Source: Octopus bimaculoides (Eukaryota). From it: DNA of 64,000 nucleotides. Below are positions 38,616 through 53,600 of the stretch, piece by piece. How positions within the stretch are numbered: position 1 is the stretch's first letter; the number at the start of each line of letters is the position of its first letter. The notes under the pieces are model-generated. The model made no database searches, was not told where the DNA came from, and worked only from the letters and a program-made list of their open reading frames with translations. Location of the stretch: NCBI RefSeq assembly GCF_001194135.2, contig NC_068991.1:23782858-23846857 (forward strand), read 5' to 3'. Position numbers and translations under genes: made by a program.

Positions 38616-41600
38616 GCATACATATATATACATACATATATATAATATTTATTTAAAATTGTAAGGTTTGATTTCAAGGGAGATTTGGCTGTTATTTTTA
38701 GCAGAACAAGTGACCATATAGAAGTGTCTTATGGTTTGAGTGATGACAAAGAGTCTCTCTTGTTAGTGTAAACAACCACAAAGAGATTTCCTTGGGAGCT
38801 CAAGTGGCTATATAGATAGTCCTTTCTCTGGGCAGCAGATTATTTCATGTTTAAGAATTTGTTTTTGCTTTTGAAATACTCAGTTATTATCTTACTTTTC
38901 TTTTCAATATTGCAACAGTGCTATGTACCATGGTATCTCAGATGATGACATTCCTGCTGTCAAAGAAGTATGGAAATGGCAGAATGGACCAATATTAGCA
39001 GATGCTTTGGCTGCTCCTTTCAATATGAAGGTAACTTTATGTTCAAAAGAATTTCCATGAATGTACTAGGTGTGGGTGGAGGCGCAATGGCCCAGTAGTT
39101 AGGGCAGCGGACTCGCAGTCATAAGATCGTGGTTTCGATTCCCAGACCGGGCGTTGTGAGTGTTCATTGAGCGAAAACACCTAAAGCTGTACTCCTTCAT
39201 CACAACTTTATCTCACTCTTACTTCCTGTTTCTGTTGTGCCTGTAATTCAAAGGGTCAGCCTTGTCACACTGAATATCCCCGAGAACTACGTTAAGGGTA
39301 CACATGTCTGTGGAGTGCTCAGCCACTTGCACGTTAATTTCATGAGCAGGCTGTTCCGTTGATCGGATCAACTGGAACCCTCCACATCATAAGCGACGGA
39401 GTGCCAACAACTAGGTGTGGGCATGGCTATGCGGTTGAGAAGTTTGCTTTCTATCCACGTGGTTTCAGGTTCAATCTTACTTTGCAACACCTTGGGCAAA
39501 TCTTTTACTATATTTCTGAGTCGATCAATGCCTTGTGAGTGGATTTGATAGATAGAAACTGAAAAAAGCCAGTCATATATATTTGGTATTCTGATCCTGA
39601 ATGCGCTTAGTTTCTGTAAGATGCCTACAAAAGTTTAAGATGCACGGAGCCAAATCAAACTGTTTTAAATAATACTATGTCTGTATGGGTGGAGGTGCAT
39701 GGCTTAGTGGCTAAGGTGTTGTGCTCATGGTAATAGTTTTGATTCCTGGACTGGGCAGCACGTGTTCTTGAGCAAAACACTTCATTTCACACTGCTCCAG
39801 TTGGCTCAGCTGGCAAAAATGAGTAACCCTTTGATGGACAGGTGTCCCATCCAGGTGGGGAATATATATGCCATGGAAACTGGAAAACGGGTCCTATGAG
39901 TCTATATGACTCTTGAAAGCTATATGTACAGGGGTTGGACAAAATGGAAACACCTTAAAATTTCAAACAAATTTATTTTAATATGAGGTAGGACCACCTT
40001 TGGCAGTAATTACAGCTTGAATTCTATGAGGTATGGACTTGTACAAAGTTTGAATTGTTTCCAAAGGAATTTTTGTCTACTCTTCAGCTAAAACAGTCTC
40101 CAGTTCTTGTAGTGGTGAATGTAGGGGATATTGACTCCTTACTTGTTTTTCTAAAATGCACCACAAACGTTCAATAATATTGAGATCTGGGGACTGTGGT
40201 GGTCAGATAAGATGTTCAACTTCACTAGAATGTTCCTCGTGCCATTCAGTAACAACTTTAGCTGTGTAAATTGGTGCATTATCATCCTGAAAGATTGCGT
40301 TTCCCTCTGGAAACAGTTCCGCAACCATAGGATGAATTTGATCAGATAAAATGCTTAAATAGACTTGACTATTAATTCTGTCATGAAGGGAAACCATTGG
40401 GCCGGCGGATTTCTAAGATATAGCCCCCCTCCCAATCATCACAGATCCTCCTTCATGTTTAACAGTTGGAAGAAGACAGTCTGGGTCAAATGCTTCGTTT
40501 GGTTGTCTCCACATGTATACTCAGCCGGTGGTCGGAAATAAGGTAAAGGATGACTCATCCGAGAAAATAACATTCTTCCACTGCTCTAGGGACCAATTCT
40601 GTAGGTTTTTACTCCACTCTAAACGCTTAGCAACGTTTGGTTTTGAAAGTAGTGGTTTTCTGATTGCAGCCTTCCCATAAAATCCAGCTTTGTGCAGCTC
40701 CCAGTGAACAGCATTTTTGAAAACTGGGTTCTCAAGGTGGTCATTAAGCTCTGCAGTAATTTTGAGAGCTGTACTTTTGAGATCCTTTCTAACAATTCAT
40801 GTAAGAGTCCGATGGTCCCTATCTGAAAGTTTTGGTTTTGTTTCGACAAACATTTCAGCTGTTTTTGTTAAGCTAGCGCCTGCCATATGAGCACCAACAG
40901 TTTGACCTCTTTGAAAGTCTGATAGATCTGTCATTTTAATGAATTTTAATTACTTTTTTCTGATGATATCTGAAAAGAAACAGCAATTTTAGCAAAACCT
41001 TAAGCAACACTAATAACAAATCAAAAAACATAAAAATAAACAAGCTTTTGACAGTTTTATAGATATTTCAAAATTATGATGCTATGATACTACATGTTTC
41101 CATTATTTTGTCCAACCCCTGTATGTATATTTGTGTGTGTGGATGTTTGTCTGTCTGTCTGTCTTCACATGTGCTTGCATGTTTTCATCATGTTTACTTG
41201 TTTGTAAGCAATAGCTTCTTACCTGTGTCATTAGCTTTCAATTCTTGACATAGAACATGACCAAGTTGTTAGCTGTTCAAAAGACTGGGAAATTATTACT
41301 TCACTTGGATACAAAGTGAGGTTTGGTGATAGGAAGGACATCTGGCTGTAGAAAAATTCTGCTTCAACATACTCTCGTCTGACCTATGAAAGCATGGAAA
41401 AGTAGATGTTAGAACAATGATGATGATTATAGTAACCTCTTAGTATTTTCACAAACCTTTGCAAGGTAGGTTGTTGATCAATCAGACTGCTGTGACCATT
41501 CTGTGATCATCATCATTCAGCATCTGTTTTCCTTAGGTTAGACAGTTTGACTGGAACTGGTAAATGGAGAGCTGCATCAGGCTCCAGTTATTTGTTTTGG

Positions 41601-44567
41601 CTTGATTTCTAAGGCTGACTGCCCTTCCTAATGCCAACCACTGTACAGAGTATACTGGGTACCTTTTACATGACACTGGCACAGGTGTCTTTAACATGTC
41701 ACCAGCACTGGCCATGACCACAGTTTCACTTAGCTTGACATGTCTTCTCAAGTACAGCAATTCACTACAAGTTTGGTCACTTGTCATACCTCTGTAAAAC
41801 TCAACATCTGAAAATCATGTTTCACCTCCTTGTCCCATGTCTTCCTGGGTCTACCTCTTTCACAGGTTCCCTCCACAATTAGAGATCGGTACTTCGTTAC
41901 GAAGCTGTCCTCATCCATACACATCACATGACCATACCAGTGCAGTCTTCTCCCTTGTACACTATATCTGATGCCTCTTATACCCAATTTTTCTCTCAAA
42001 ACACTCTCTGTCATACATGCATAAGACTACTTTATCTAACATGTCTTATTTTTTTAAAACATTAAAGTGTAATTTTATTCAACATAATTCCACAGCTTAG
42101 CAATGTGCAGACACTGAACAAGTGTGTGTTTGACAGTCTCATCGCACTTGTTGAGTACTAGACTTGGACAGGCCTAGTTTATGGCACTGTTGCACCTATA
42201 GAATCTACCCTAAACTGGCAAAGCCCTCATTAGCACTTTCAAACTAGAATCTTTTCGAAATTATCCATAGCCCTTGAACTGAAAATGTTCTGGAATGAAC
42301 TACTTAATTGCTCTTTGTCAAACTCAGAACCTCATAACCAACTTATAATTATTCTGTTTCTCAGTTAAAATTACAATGTTCTGCTGTTTGAAAGAGTCAA
42401 AAAATTTAATATACTGTGGTGAGTTATGACATTGATACATCTCTTCAATATTATAGTGAAGTGAAGGCAGCGAGCCGGCAGAATTCTGACTTCAAATTCT
42501 GCCGAGGTTGACTAAGCCTTTTGTCTTTTTGTGGCTGATAAAGTAAATACCAGTTGAACACTGGGGTTGATGTAGCCTCCCTTGAACTTGCTGGCCTTGT
42601 GCCAGAATTTGAAACCAATATTTTAGTGAAGTGAAAGCAGTGGGTTGGCAGAATCATTTGCATGCTGGGCAAAATGCTTAGCATTATGTCTGTTTAAATT
42701 CCACTGAGGTCGACTTTGCCTTTCATCCTTTTGGGTTTGATAAAATAAGTACCAGTTGAGCACTGGAGTTGATATAATTGACTTGACCCCTGCCCCAAAC
42801 TTGCTGGCCTTTACTAAAATTTGAAATCAGCATTATAGTGAAGTGAAGCATTGTTATTCATCCCAAGGACAACACCGTAATCCTAAAATGTATTACAGAC
42901 GCTGCCTTTTCTTTGTCACAAAGTTGTACCCCATTCTCTGTTGAGGTTCTCTCATTGAATCAAAGGGTGGTTGTTGAGAAAAAGAGTGGAGTAGTAGTAG
43001 ACTTAATATGGTACTGCATGTTTCTACCTTCTGAACCGAACTGCTAGAACTTAACAGAATAAGTACCATTAATATATATATTTTTCCATTCATAATTTAC
43101 CTAAGACTATATGATAAAATGTGTTTGTCCTTTCTTTAAGAGTGCACTCTGAGGGAGGTTTTTGTTGATATTTGTAGCAGGTTAAGCCAATGCATTGAAG
43201 TTCCCTCAACTTCTACTTGGGCTGTCATTTTATCTTAATATTTCAATTTCTCTTTATGCAGAGTCCGTTTGAATTGAACATAACGTTCACCTACCCACAT
43301 TCCAACAAAGAATGCGGTTTCCTGTAAGTATTTACTGTTGTTATCTGCAATATTATTACTATTATTGTTGTTGTTGTTAATGTTATTGTTACCACCACTG
43401 CCACAGCAGCAGTGAGCTGGTGCAATTATTAACATGCCAGACAAAGTGCTTACTGACATGTCTGTCTTCACATTCTGAGTTCAAATTTCACTGAGATTGA
43501 CTTTGCCTTTCATCCTTTCAGGGTTGATAAAATAAGTATTAGTTGAGCACTGGGATTGATGCAATTGACTTAACCCCTCCAGAATTGCTGGCCTTGTGGC
43601 AATATTTGAAATCATTATTGAGAGAGAGAGAGAGAAATACACACACACACACACACATAGGTATTCATACTTATCAGATGTGTGTGTGTATGTATATATA
43701 TATACATACACACACATACATACATACATTGTTAGTAACAAGTCATATAAACTCCACAGGGTATGTTGTAATTAGTCTTGAATATTTTTCATTGAAAGTG
43801 TTGAAAGTAACAAAGAGCCTTTCCCTCAGAGTGAAAGGCTGATTGTATGATACCTTGTATGGACAGCTATGCTACATGGCAGTGAAACATGGGCTGTGAC
43901 TGCTGAGGACATGTGAAGGCTTGACAGAAATAAAGCCAGTATGCACCACTGGATGGGTAATGTCAGTGTACATGCACGACAGAGTGTAAGTGATTTGAGA
44001 GAAAAACTGGGTTTACGGGTCATCAGATGTAGCATACAGGAGAGAAGACTGCTGGTATGGCCATGTAATATGTATGAATGAAGACAGTTTCATCAAAGTT
44101 GCCAAACTCTAATTGTGGAGGGAACAGGTGGAAGGGGTAGACCCAGGAAGACGTGGGATGTAGTAGTGAGAAAGGATCTTCAGATGGTGGACCTCACAGA
44201 GCAGATGACAGGACCAAGACTTCTGCTGGTTTGCTGTACTTGAGAAGTCACGTCCAGCTAAGTGAATATGTGGTTGTCCTTGCATACAGGTTTGTCCTCT
44301 GAATCCCTCTCCATCTGAGCATTCCTAATGTTGCAGACTCGTGGGTGCTGGCGCCACATAAAAAGCACCTGTACCAGTGCCACATAAGAGCACCCATGTC
44401 AGTGCTGTGTAAAAGTACACAGTACACTCAGTAAAGTGGTTGGTGTTAGGAAGGGTATCCAGTCATAGAAACCATGACAAGACAGACAATGGAACTTGGG
44501 CAGCTCCTGCCAAACCATCCAACCCATTCCAGCATGGAACATGGATGTTAAACGATGATTATGAGGA

Positions 44568-44625
<58 letters not shown>

Positions 44626-47600
44626 AAATAGCTATAGATATATATGTGTCTCTCTCTCATTAATCAAATTATATATATAGTCTAGTTTCCCAAATTTTCG
44701 ATTGATGGGGATATATAATTCAAGTGGGTACCAATATGCACTTCTACCAATTGATAATGCTGGTTAACATTCATAAGCTTATGTACCTTCAGTTGGTTGG
44801 TTTAACTATTAACTATTCTTTGTACATTCTCACGCCTGAAAATCCATTTGTCTCTATAGTAACTATGCTTTTCGATGGAGGAGAAATAATGAATCACTTT
44901 AAGGAAAACAGAATAGAGAATATCCAATTTTTCATTATGCATTCATTTATGTTCTTTTATTGCCTACTTAACGTTTCCATCACTATCAAGGTGCATCTTT
45001 CACATCTTTTAGTGCATTTTGATGCTACAATCCATCAAGGGCTTCATCAGGGTATTTTGACTGCTAATTTGTTTTCTTCGAAATGGAAAATAATACCAAC
45101 TGAAAAAATTTTTGTTTTCTATTTATTTGTTTATTCAACTGCATGGTGGTATCATTCTAAAAATAGCTCAAACTAACCTTTTAACCCTACTGGTCAAAGG
45201 GAGGAATTAACTGCCATAAATGTAGGTCATATTATTATTCATTTCTTTTAAGTTCTTAAAATCTATTTACTGTAATCAATGTTTGTAGCTTTGCCGTCCC
45301 CATTTCATTTGATTAATACTATTCATACAATGCTCACAACCACCCCTATAATTGTTGTTCTTACTACTATTATTTTTTATATCTTTATAGCTTCTGTTGT
45401 CTAGATGACTAAGTTAGTAGTGGAGGTGGATGCTCTGAGAGTGTAGCCGTGAGAATAAGATAAGGATGGGCTAAGTTCAGAGTGCTCCTACTTGTGCTAG
45501 TAGCAAAGGGCCTCTCTCTCAGAGTGAAAGGTAGATTGTTTGATGCCTGTGTGTGAACAGCTATGCTGCAAGGCAGTGAAACATGAGCTGTGACAGCTGA
45601 GGACATGCATAGGCTTGAAAGAAATGAAGCCAGTATGCTTTGCTGGATGTGCAATGTCAGTGTGCATGTTTGACAGCGTGTAAGTATCTTGAGAGAAAAA
45701 TTAGGCATATGAGGCATCAGATGTGGTGTGCAAGAGAGACAACTGTGCTGGTATGGTCATGTGATGCATATGGACGAGGACAGCTGTGTAAAGAAGTGCC
45801 GATCTCTAACTACAAAGGGAATCTGTAATGGAGGTAAATCCAGGAAGACATGAAATGAGGTGGTGAAGCATGATCTTCGAACTTTGAGTCTCACAGAGGC
45901 AATGACTAGTGATCAAAACCTTTGGTGATGTGCTGTGCTTGAGAGGACCCATCAATCTGAGCAAAATCGCAATCATGGCAGATACCAGTGTCATGCAAAT
46001 TGGCACCCATGCCAGTGGCACATAAAAGCACCCTGGTGTCATGCAAATAGCACCTGAACTGGTAGCGTGTAAAAGCACCCATTACACTCTCAGAGTGGTT
46101 GGTATTAGGAAGGGCGTCCAACTGTAGAAAACCATGCCAAATCAGACTGGAGTCTGGTGCAGCCTTCCGTCATGCCAGCCCAGTCAAACCGTCCAACCCA
46201 TGCCAGCATGGACAACGGACATTAAATGATGATGATGATGATGAATTATTAGTCTAAGTAGGTAAAATAAAAAAAATTTTGTTTGGAACTATTTTCTCTT
46301 TTGAAGAAATCAAATTAGCAGTCAAGCTAATGATGAAGCCCTTGATGGATTGTAATGTCATAATGTACTAAAAGATGTGAAAGATGCGCCTTGATAGCGA
46401 TGGAAACGTTAAGTAGGCAATTAAAGAATATAAATGACTGCATAATAAAAAATTAGATATTCTCTATTGTCTGTTTTCTTTAAACTGATTACACATACAC
46501 ACACATACACACACACACACATGCATGCACGCACACACTGATACTCAATGAGTAACCTTGATTTGTGTTATTGTTGTCAGTATTGAAAGGGATAAAACAA
46601 ATTTCTATTTCTTCTTCAGAACTGATATTCATCCCGATATCTTCCGTAAAAGAAAGACCAAAAAGGTGATTGATTCCATGTTTATTCTTATATTTTTTAC
46701 TGGTTTCAGTCATTAGACTGTACCTTGAAGACCTTTTAGTTGAATGAATCTATTGGTCTCTTTTTTTCAAACCACTAAGTTACAAGAACATGTAAACACA
46801 CCAACACCTGTTGTCAAGTGGTGGTGGGGACAAAAACAGACAAACACACACATACACACAGGTGTCTTTCAGTTTCTGTCTACCAAATCTACTCACAAGA
46901 CTTTGGTTGCCCCAAGACTATAGTGGAAGACACTTGCCCAAGGTGCCATGCAGTGAGGCTGGACCCAGAATCATGTATTTAGGAAGCAAGCTTCTTACCA
47001 CACAGCCATGCTGTAATATTCCATCAGGAAGTAGAGTTGATACTGAAGAGATTAAGATGGCATCTGTAGCACTTTCCAGCAAACTGCATCTCATCTAGTC
47101 TAGCTCTTTTGCCTAATCAATCAAGCTACAACTTTTTCTGTTACTTTCATGACCTGGTCCTGCAATTTGATGCCACTATAATTACATCTCTCCATGGGAT
47201 CCATATTACCCCTTGTGGTCCATATAAGATTTTGGTAAGGAAAATAGTAAATAAGGTCCGCAGTAGTATTTTATGAGTCCATGAAAAAATTTTGCTTTAA
47301 AGGTATTTATTGCAAGAAACAGCTAGGTTTCTTTCTCTAACATTGTCCATAGTTCAGTCTACACAAAGGAACATGTGATAGACAAAATAGGGAAGTTGAA
47401 AAAAGTATCTATAAAACTATAGGGTGTCCACAAGGTCTGGGTACATGGAGTAGATAAAATCATAACATAAGCAATTAAATATAAGAAATAATAATTTCTT
47501 AAAGTATGTGTTAATCCCCATGTACCCAGACTTTGTGGACACCCTGTAGTTTTTAACCATCAAATGGCTATGGAGGGTCTACCAGAGTAAAATAGTAATC

Positions 47601-50600
47601 ATAGGAGTCCATGGGTTGAGAACCACTGCTCTAAGGCACCTTCTCTGCTCTAGTGGCAGTTAACTACATTGCTGCTATGCAAGTGATTGGGTATGACTGT
47701 TCTGTATAACATCTTTGACTATATGGGTAACAAGGCTGTATCCTACTACAGTTATTCTTGATAGACCTAGGGCTTTCCTTGCCTTCACATCTTTAATTGC
47801 TTTATCTATCATACTGTGTGTACTTGGTGCATTTTTTCATATCACCTATACTAGTCGGGTCACCATGCAGTTTGCAATATGAATCCTGAGGCAATGAGGT
47901 GTAGAGAGAGGTAAAGTATGAGACAAAAAGGTCGGAGCAACAGGTTTTTTTGCTATAGAGGAACTGTGTGACTACATGCATTTTAGAAGAAAGAGTCGGG
48001 GATGATCAAGTAGAGCTGGGAAGCAATAAAGAAAAATAGCTGTGATGAAGTGTCAGGGTAGATTTTCAAGGTACGAGATGGGTAGGAATGAGTGGGTCAG
48101 AGGTGCCAGGAATGAGTTGAGGAGTAAAGGATGTCTGATAGGTCTGACTGTGTGGAGCAGCAGAATTGAGATGCTGATACAGTAAACAGGAAAAACAACG
48201 AAAGAAGGATGACATGATGTTGGGCAGATAACATGAGTGCATGGGGCAAGAGGCAGGTGCAATGTGTGAAGAGGGTTAAATCTATGGTGGTGGTAGGAGG
48301 GGAGGTAATGTGGTGGTACAGTGTAGTGGGGGAATCAATGAAAGTTGGTGGTGAGAACAATACACACACACACACATATACACATAATGAGGTTTACTAT
48401 AAAAGACATTTGCTCAAAGCTGGTGATTTACTTAATTGCTAGTCAGATTTTGCTATGTCTGTTAATTCATATGGCAGGATGAATGGATGAACTTGGTTAA
48501 AGGGACCACGAAACATGTATTATTCAATTTTCATTTGTTAGGAGTTGGGTGAGATATAATGTTTAAGTTGTAGGATTGGGATGTAGAGCACCAGTGTGAA
48601 GTAGTCAGCTAATGACAGTGGAGTGATCGATGCTTCCCTGTAGAAATGGTCTATAGTATGTATTTAACTAATTTTACTGTTACAAGTAGGAGACTGACTT
48701 TTTGTTCCTCATCAAAGCTATTCATCAATTATCGTTTTGTGAAATTGACTTCTAAACTTTGTATTTCTTTCAGGGAGATTGGGAGATGTTCAGTCGTGCA
48801 AATGTTGCCAAGGCTGTGTCTGAAACAGTTAATTCCATTTATCAAAAGTAAGTGAAATTTTTTTTTTTTTTTGATTTTATCTTTTTTTTTTTGTTGCGTC
48901 ACTTATTTTGTAATCTTCTTTTTGGTGAATCAATTCTGAAAACGTTTGGGTGCAAATTTTACATGAGTATAAGCTTTTTTCAACAATTTTTAACCTGAAA
49001 ATCACCTGCGTAAATTACACAGGTGCGCAAATTGCATGGGTTTTTACAGTATATATAAGTGTACTATCCATATAAGTCTCTCTCTCAAGGCCTGAACTAA
49101 ACCGAATCACTGCTAGAGCATATAAACACTATGGGACAGTATGATGTTAAATGATTTTTATTGAAGTGTCAACATAAGGCTATTTTTTCATTGGGGAGGA
49201 TGACCTTTTCTCATATTTGTATCATCTAATGTCCCATATTTTTCTCTACCTCAGTGTTTTGATGACAACCTGTAGTTTGTGAAGTATGGTATTGTCTCTT
49301 TCCCTACCACAGACTCTGGTATACGCAAAATCTCTTAATGTGACCTGCTGATAGTTATATTCTGATTGATACAGTGTTTAACTGGAGTTGAAAGTTGCAT
49401 CATTACATCACTGTATCTCTATCCAGCTATCCTGATGCACATAAACTAAATATATTTTATGAGAGATGTTTAACTCTTTTGATATTAACCTACCTAGTTC
49501 ATTGATACTAATTTCCTGTCTTAAAGTGATCTGACATCAAAATTTTATGAACATCAACTTAATAGTAACAAACTCATTTTAATAAATTCTTTATTTTCAA
49601 AATTAAATGAAACAAAGGCAGAAAATTCCAACAGAAATATGGTAACAAAAGGTTTAACGAGAGATTTTGAACGTAACTAATTGGACTTTTTCAAAAAAGG
49701 TTTTGTAATCATACAAAACAAGGTAGCTGAATCTATATTTAGAATTGATAGACTCATTATTCATCTTTCTCAACACTGATCAGAAGTTTGTTTGATCAAT
49801 GCTGCTTTTAAAGCTAAACAACAACAACAACAACAGCATCCTGAACTTACTTCTAGGTTAGTTCTAGCTATTTCAACGTAGACTGAGTCTTGACAGTAAA
49901 TGAAGCAAGACCTAAATGGCTGAGATTTTCACTCCTTGCAAAAACATGTCATCTTTAAATTTCACTTTGAGAGAAATCTGAACCATTGCTACAAGATTGC
50001 TATGATTGCAACTTGTGGATTTATTGTATACTTTGTTTTAGAGGGGTTGATTGTCTGATTGACTTTCCACTGCATATACAGGGTGTTGAGGCTAAATTTG
50101 ACAGTTTGCATAAAATGAGAAGAAAACAATATCCCATCTAAAAATAAAAGTATTTTAGAAGATCAAAAATTATCAACTAGATTTTGGCTGGGAGGTAACA
50201 GTTTACTCAAAGTAGCTGCCCTAAACTTCTACTATGGCCTCAAGACAGCTTCAGAACCTGGTGCTTGCATTCCACACTGTGTCCCTGGGAAGATCTTTGA
50301 ACACCTCCTTGATCTTGGCCTTGGTGTTGCAGTCAGAATAACTGCTGTCTTTCTCAACTGTGCTCCACACATAGTAATCTATGGAATTACTATCAGGGTA
50401 ATTAGGAGGATAGAAATCGAGGCTGGTGAAGTCTCCAACAACCATTTCTGACTCTTTCTAGAGGTATGGCGAGGAGCCAAATCCTACTGCCCACACATGT
50501 AGCCTTCTAACAACAACCCTCTCTAGCCAGGGTTTAACTACATTCCCCTGCAACCTCGTAGTCATCTGAATTCATCAGTTGTTGGATGAATTCTGATGTG

Positions 50601-53600
50601 TGGATGCAGTCAGAACACCTGCTGTGTCCCTTCTTGCTGGCCACTGCATCAATGTCTCTGTTGCAGCTGAGCAGTAGTCATGATGTTGGCATTTTAATAC
50701 CTGGCATGTCATCATGATACAGGTAACTCTTTTCCAGTATTCAGATGGCTTCTAGTCCTCCATGTCAGTTAACTTTTTCTCAACTACAATTTAAATCTTA
50801 TGCTCTTCAACACCGTTGTCTGTTCACCAATACATGTAGTTGTGCCTGAAAAATGGAGACTTTAAAAAATCATCAAATTAATCCTGAACACCCTGTAGGT
50901 TTATACACTGTTAGAATGGGTACAATTATAAAAAATACTGCCAAGTAACTGTAGCCATGAAAGGGTTAACTTTTAACAACAAAATTTACAAAATAATCAT
51001 ATAAAGTAACTATTCAAAATTCTTACCGGTAATGTTGACTTGAAATTAATTAAATTTAAATAATTAACTTTAGTTTCTTGATTTTTAATTAATTTTTTTC
51101 CATATCTTTAGGGTTTGTAAATTTCCTCCATTAACCCCTATGGAGTCTTGTATTTGTGATTCCATCAGATGTCAGCATGATTCAGTGTTTGTAGCAGGTA
51201 TGTTCTCTCTTAGCTTTCTTTATGTATACTATTTTTTTTATCATTCACTTTTTGCGATGGGTTTAAAGTTATAATCAGTGGCTGTGACATGAAAATATTA
51301 GAGCTGCTATTAAAAAACATGTTTAACCCTTTAGCATTCAGATTACTCTGACAAATTTAATACTTTTTAATTCACATAGTTTTGAATTAATCGTGCAGTA
51401 TCTTGTAACTTTAAGACTTCAATGATGAGATTGTATATTTTTAGAATGACATTGTAGTGTTGGTGTAAGGGTCCAGATCTTGGCAGCTTGAACATAAAAC
51501 AGATAGAATATTTGGGTTGGATATGGCTGGTTTAAATGCTTAAAGGTTAATAACTCAACATTATGTATTTCAGGTCGATACAACAAGTATTCACGTTTCT
51601 TAAGTCAAACCCCTTGGTTAATTGAAGGAGTTAAAAAACATGAAACATCAGTACAAGAACTGATTTGTAATGTCTTAAATGAACGATATGAACCTGTTGG
51701 TAAGTTTATTTCTTTTCTGTCCTCTCACAGTTATATTTAAAATATCCTAAATTCTTTTACCCAATTCAAGCTTAAAAAAAAAGGCAATATACATCACTTC
51801 TTTTTTTCCTTACATTTTGATTTCCTTATATTTGATTATTCCAAAGCATGTTACTAAAATCTCAAATAATCTCATTGCAGAATGTAAGTTTTCTGCATCT
51901 GGTCGTGAAGATGTGGATGTGAAAATGCTTGGCAATGGTAAGTATTGTATTCTTGAAATAGTCACTTGTAATTCTTCATTTGTAAAGAAACATAGTTTTT
52001 AAAAAAATTTTAATTCACGATGAGTTGTAAGTGTTAGAGGGAGAAAATCAAAACTAGATACTTCACTGCATCCATTCAATGCTTTACATTTCCCAATTGA
52101 AAGTCTGACAAGATCAATTTTTACTTTCCTTTTTTTTTTGTTTACTAGGAAGCAGTGTGCCTGTGTTAGGAAATACATACCAGTAATACACTGGATTCTA
52201 AAAGAAACGTTTAAAGCTGACTTACTTTTGGTTATTCATTTACTATATATTTCATAGACAATTGGAGAAGGTGCCACACTCCTGACTCACAGAGTTGTGA
52301 GTTCATATCCTACTATAGGCAATATTTCTTGCAAGTTTGATTTTATTTAATCCTTTTGATACCAGCCTGTCTGAAACTGCTCTTGGTTCTATGATACAAA
52401 CTTTCTGTTATAAAGTCGTTGTCATCATCATCATCATCATCATTTAATGTCTGTTGTCCATTCTGGCATGGATCAGATGGTTTGACCAGAGCTGGCAAGC
52501 TGGGGAGCTCCACCAGACTCAGTCTGATATAGTACGGTTTCTATGCCTGGATGTCCTTCCTAATGCCAACCTCTTTACAAAGTGTGCTTGGTGCTTTTAT
52601 GTGGTACTACACAGGTGTTTTTATATGATGCCACATAGGCACTTTTATGTAGCACCACGTAGGTGCTTTTATGTGGCCCCACTGCAAGCGTTTTACACCT
52701 CCAGCAGGATTAGTTTTAATACTTCTGTTATGGGATAAGGTCTTCTTAAGTACAGGCAGGTGCCAGGTATATCGGTCCTTTGTTATCTTGCCTGAAAGTT
52801 TCGGCTTCCTGAGGTCGTTCTTCAGTACTTCATCCCATGTCTTCCTGGGTCTCCCACTTCTTTGAGAGATTGACACTTCTTTACGGAGCTGTGGGCATCC
52901 ATCTGCAAATTAGAATCTCCCAGCAAAATTTCATGTTAATCTACGTTCGAAAGCAAATTTTTTAATTTAATTTTTTTGTCGTTTTTAAAATTAATTGAAA
53001 CGAACAGAAATAGGTTAACAAAACAGTGAAGAAATTGCTGGAGAAAGGCTGAGTTATTAGATTTCTCATTCTTAAGATTCTATTTTGTAGTCTTTGAAAT
53101 TTCTAAATGTTATACTTAAAACAATGTACTTATCTGTATATTTGTATATCTCTGTGCAGGTTTAAGAATGTTGGGGTTTTTTTCTTTCTTCATCAAGTAT
53201 AACTTGCAATGAGATTGATGAGGTTTTTCGAGTGAGATGAGCGTGGCCGTTGCCAGTACCGCCTGACTGGCCTTCGTGCGGGTGACACGTAAAAGCACCC
53301 ACTACACTCTCTGAGTGGTTGGCGTTAGGAAGGGCATCCAGCTGTAGAAACTCTGCCAAATCAGATTGGAGCCTGGTGTAGCCATCTGGTTTCACCAATC
53401 CTCAGTCAAATCGTCCAACCCATGCTAGCATGGAAAGCGGACGTTAAACGATGACGGCGATAGATACATTTTTTAAAGAACTTAGCTGGATTATGAAAAA
53501 TGACTTTTGGATATATTTCTAATGAGTAGATTGCTTGTTTTAATCACTTTTTAATATAATCAAAATTTTGGTGGTGGTTTAAAAAAATACCTCTAACTTT

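Noticed and set aside
42365-42418. Exon-like segment with tctcag| and |gtgagt
   Set aside because: It is not needed for the PUS10 chain, the incoming frame has a stop, and it shows no homology.
44724-45176. 150-aa hydrophobic ORF
   Set aside because: AT-rich chance ORF overlapping an inverted-repeat arm; no recognisable domain.
52591-52688. Four 24-bp repeats resembling a small array (similar at 27900-28050 and 44350-44430)
   Set aside because: Degenerate VNTR of the RTE 3' UTR with no unique spacers; not CRISPR.
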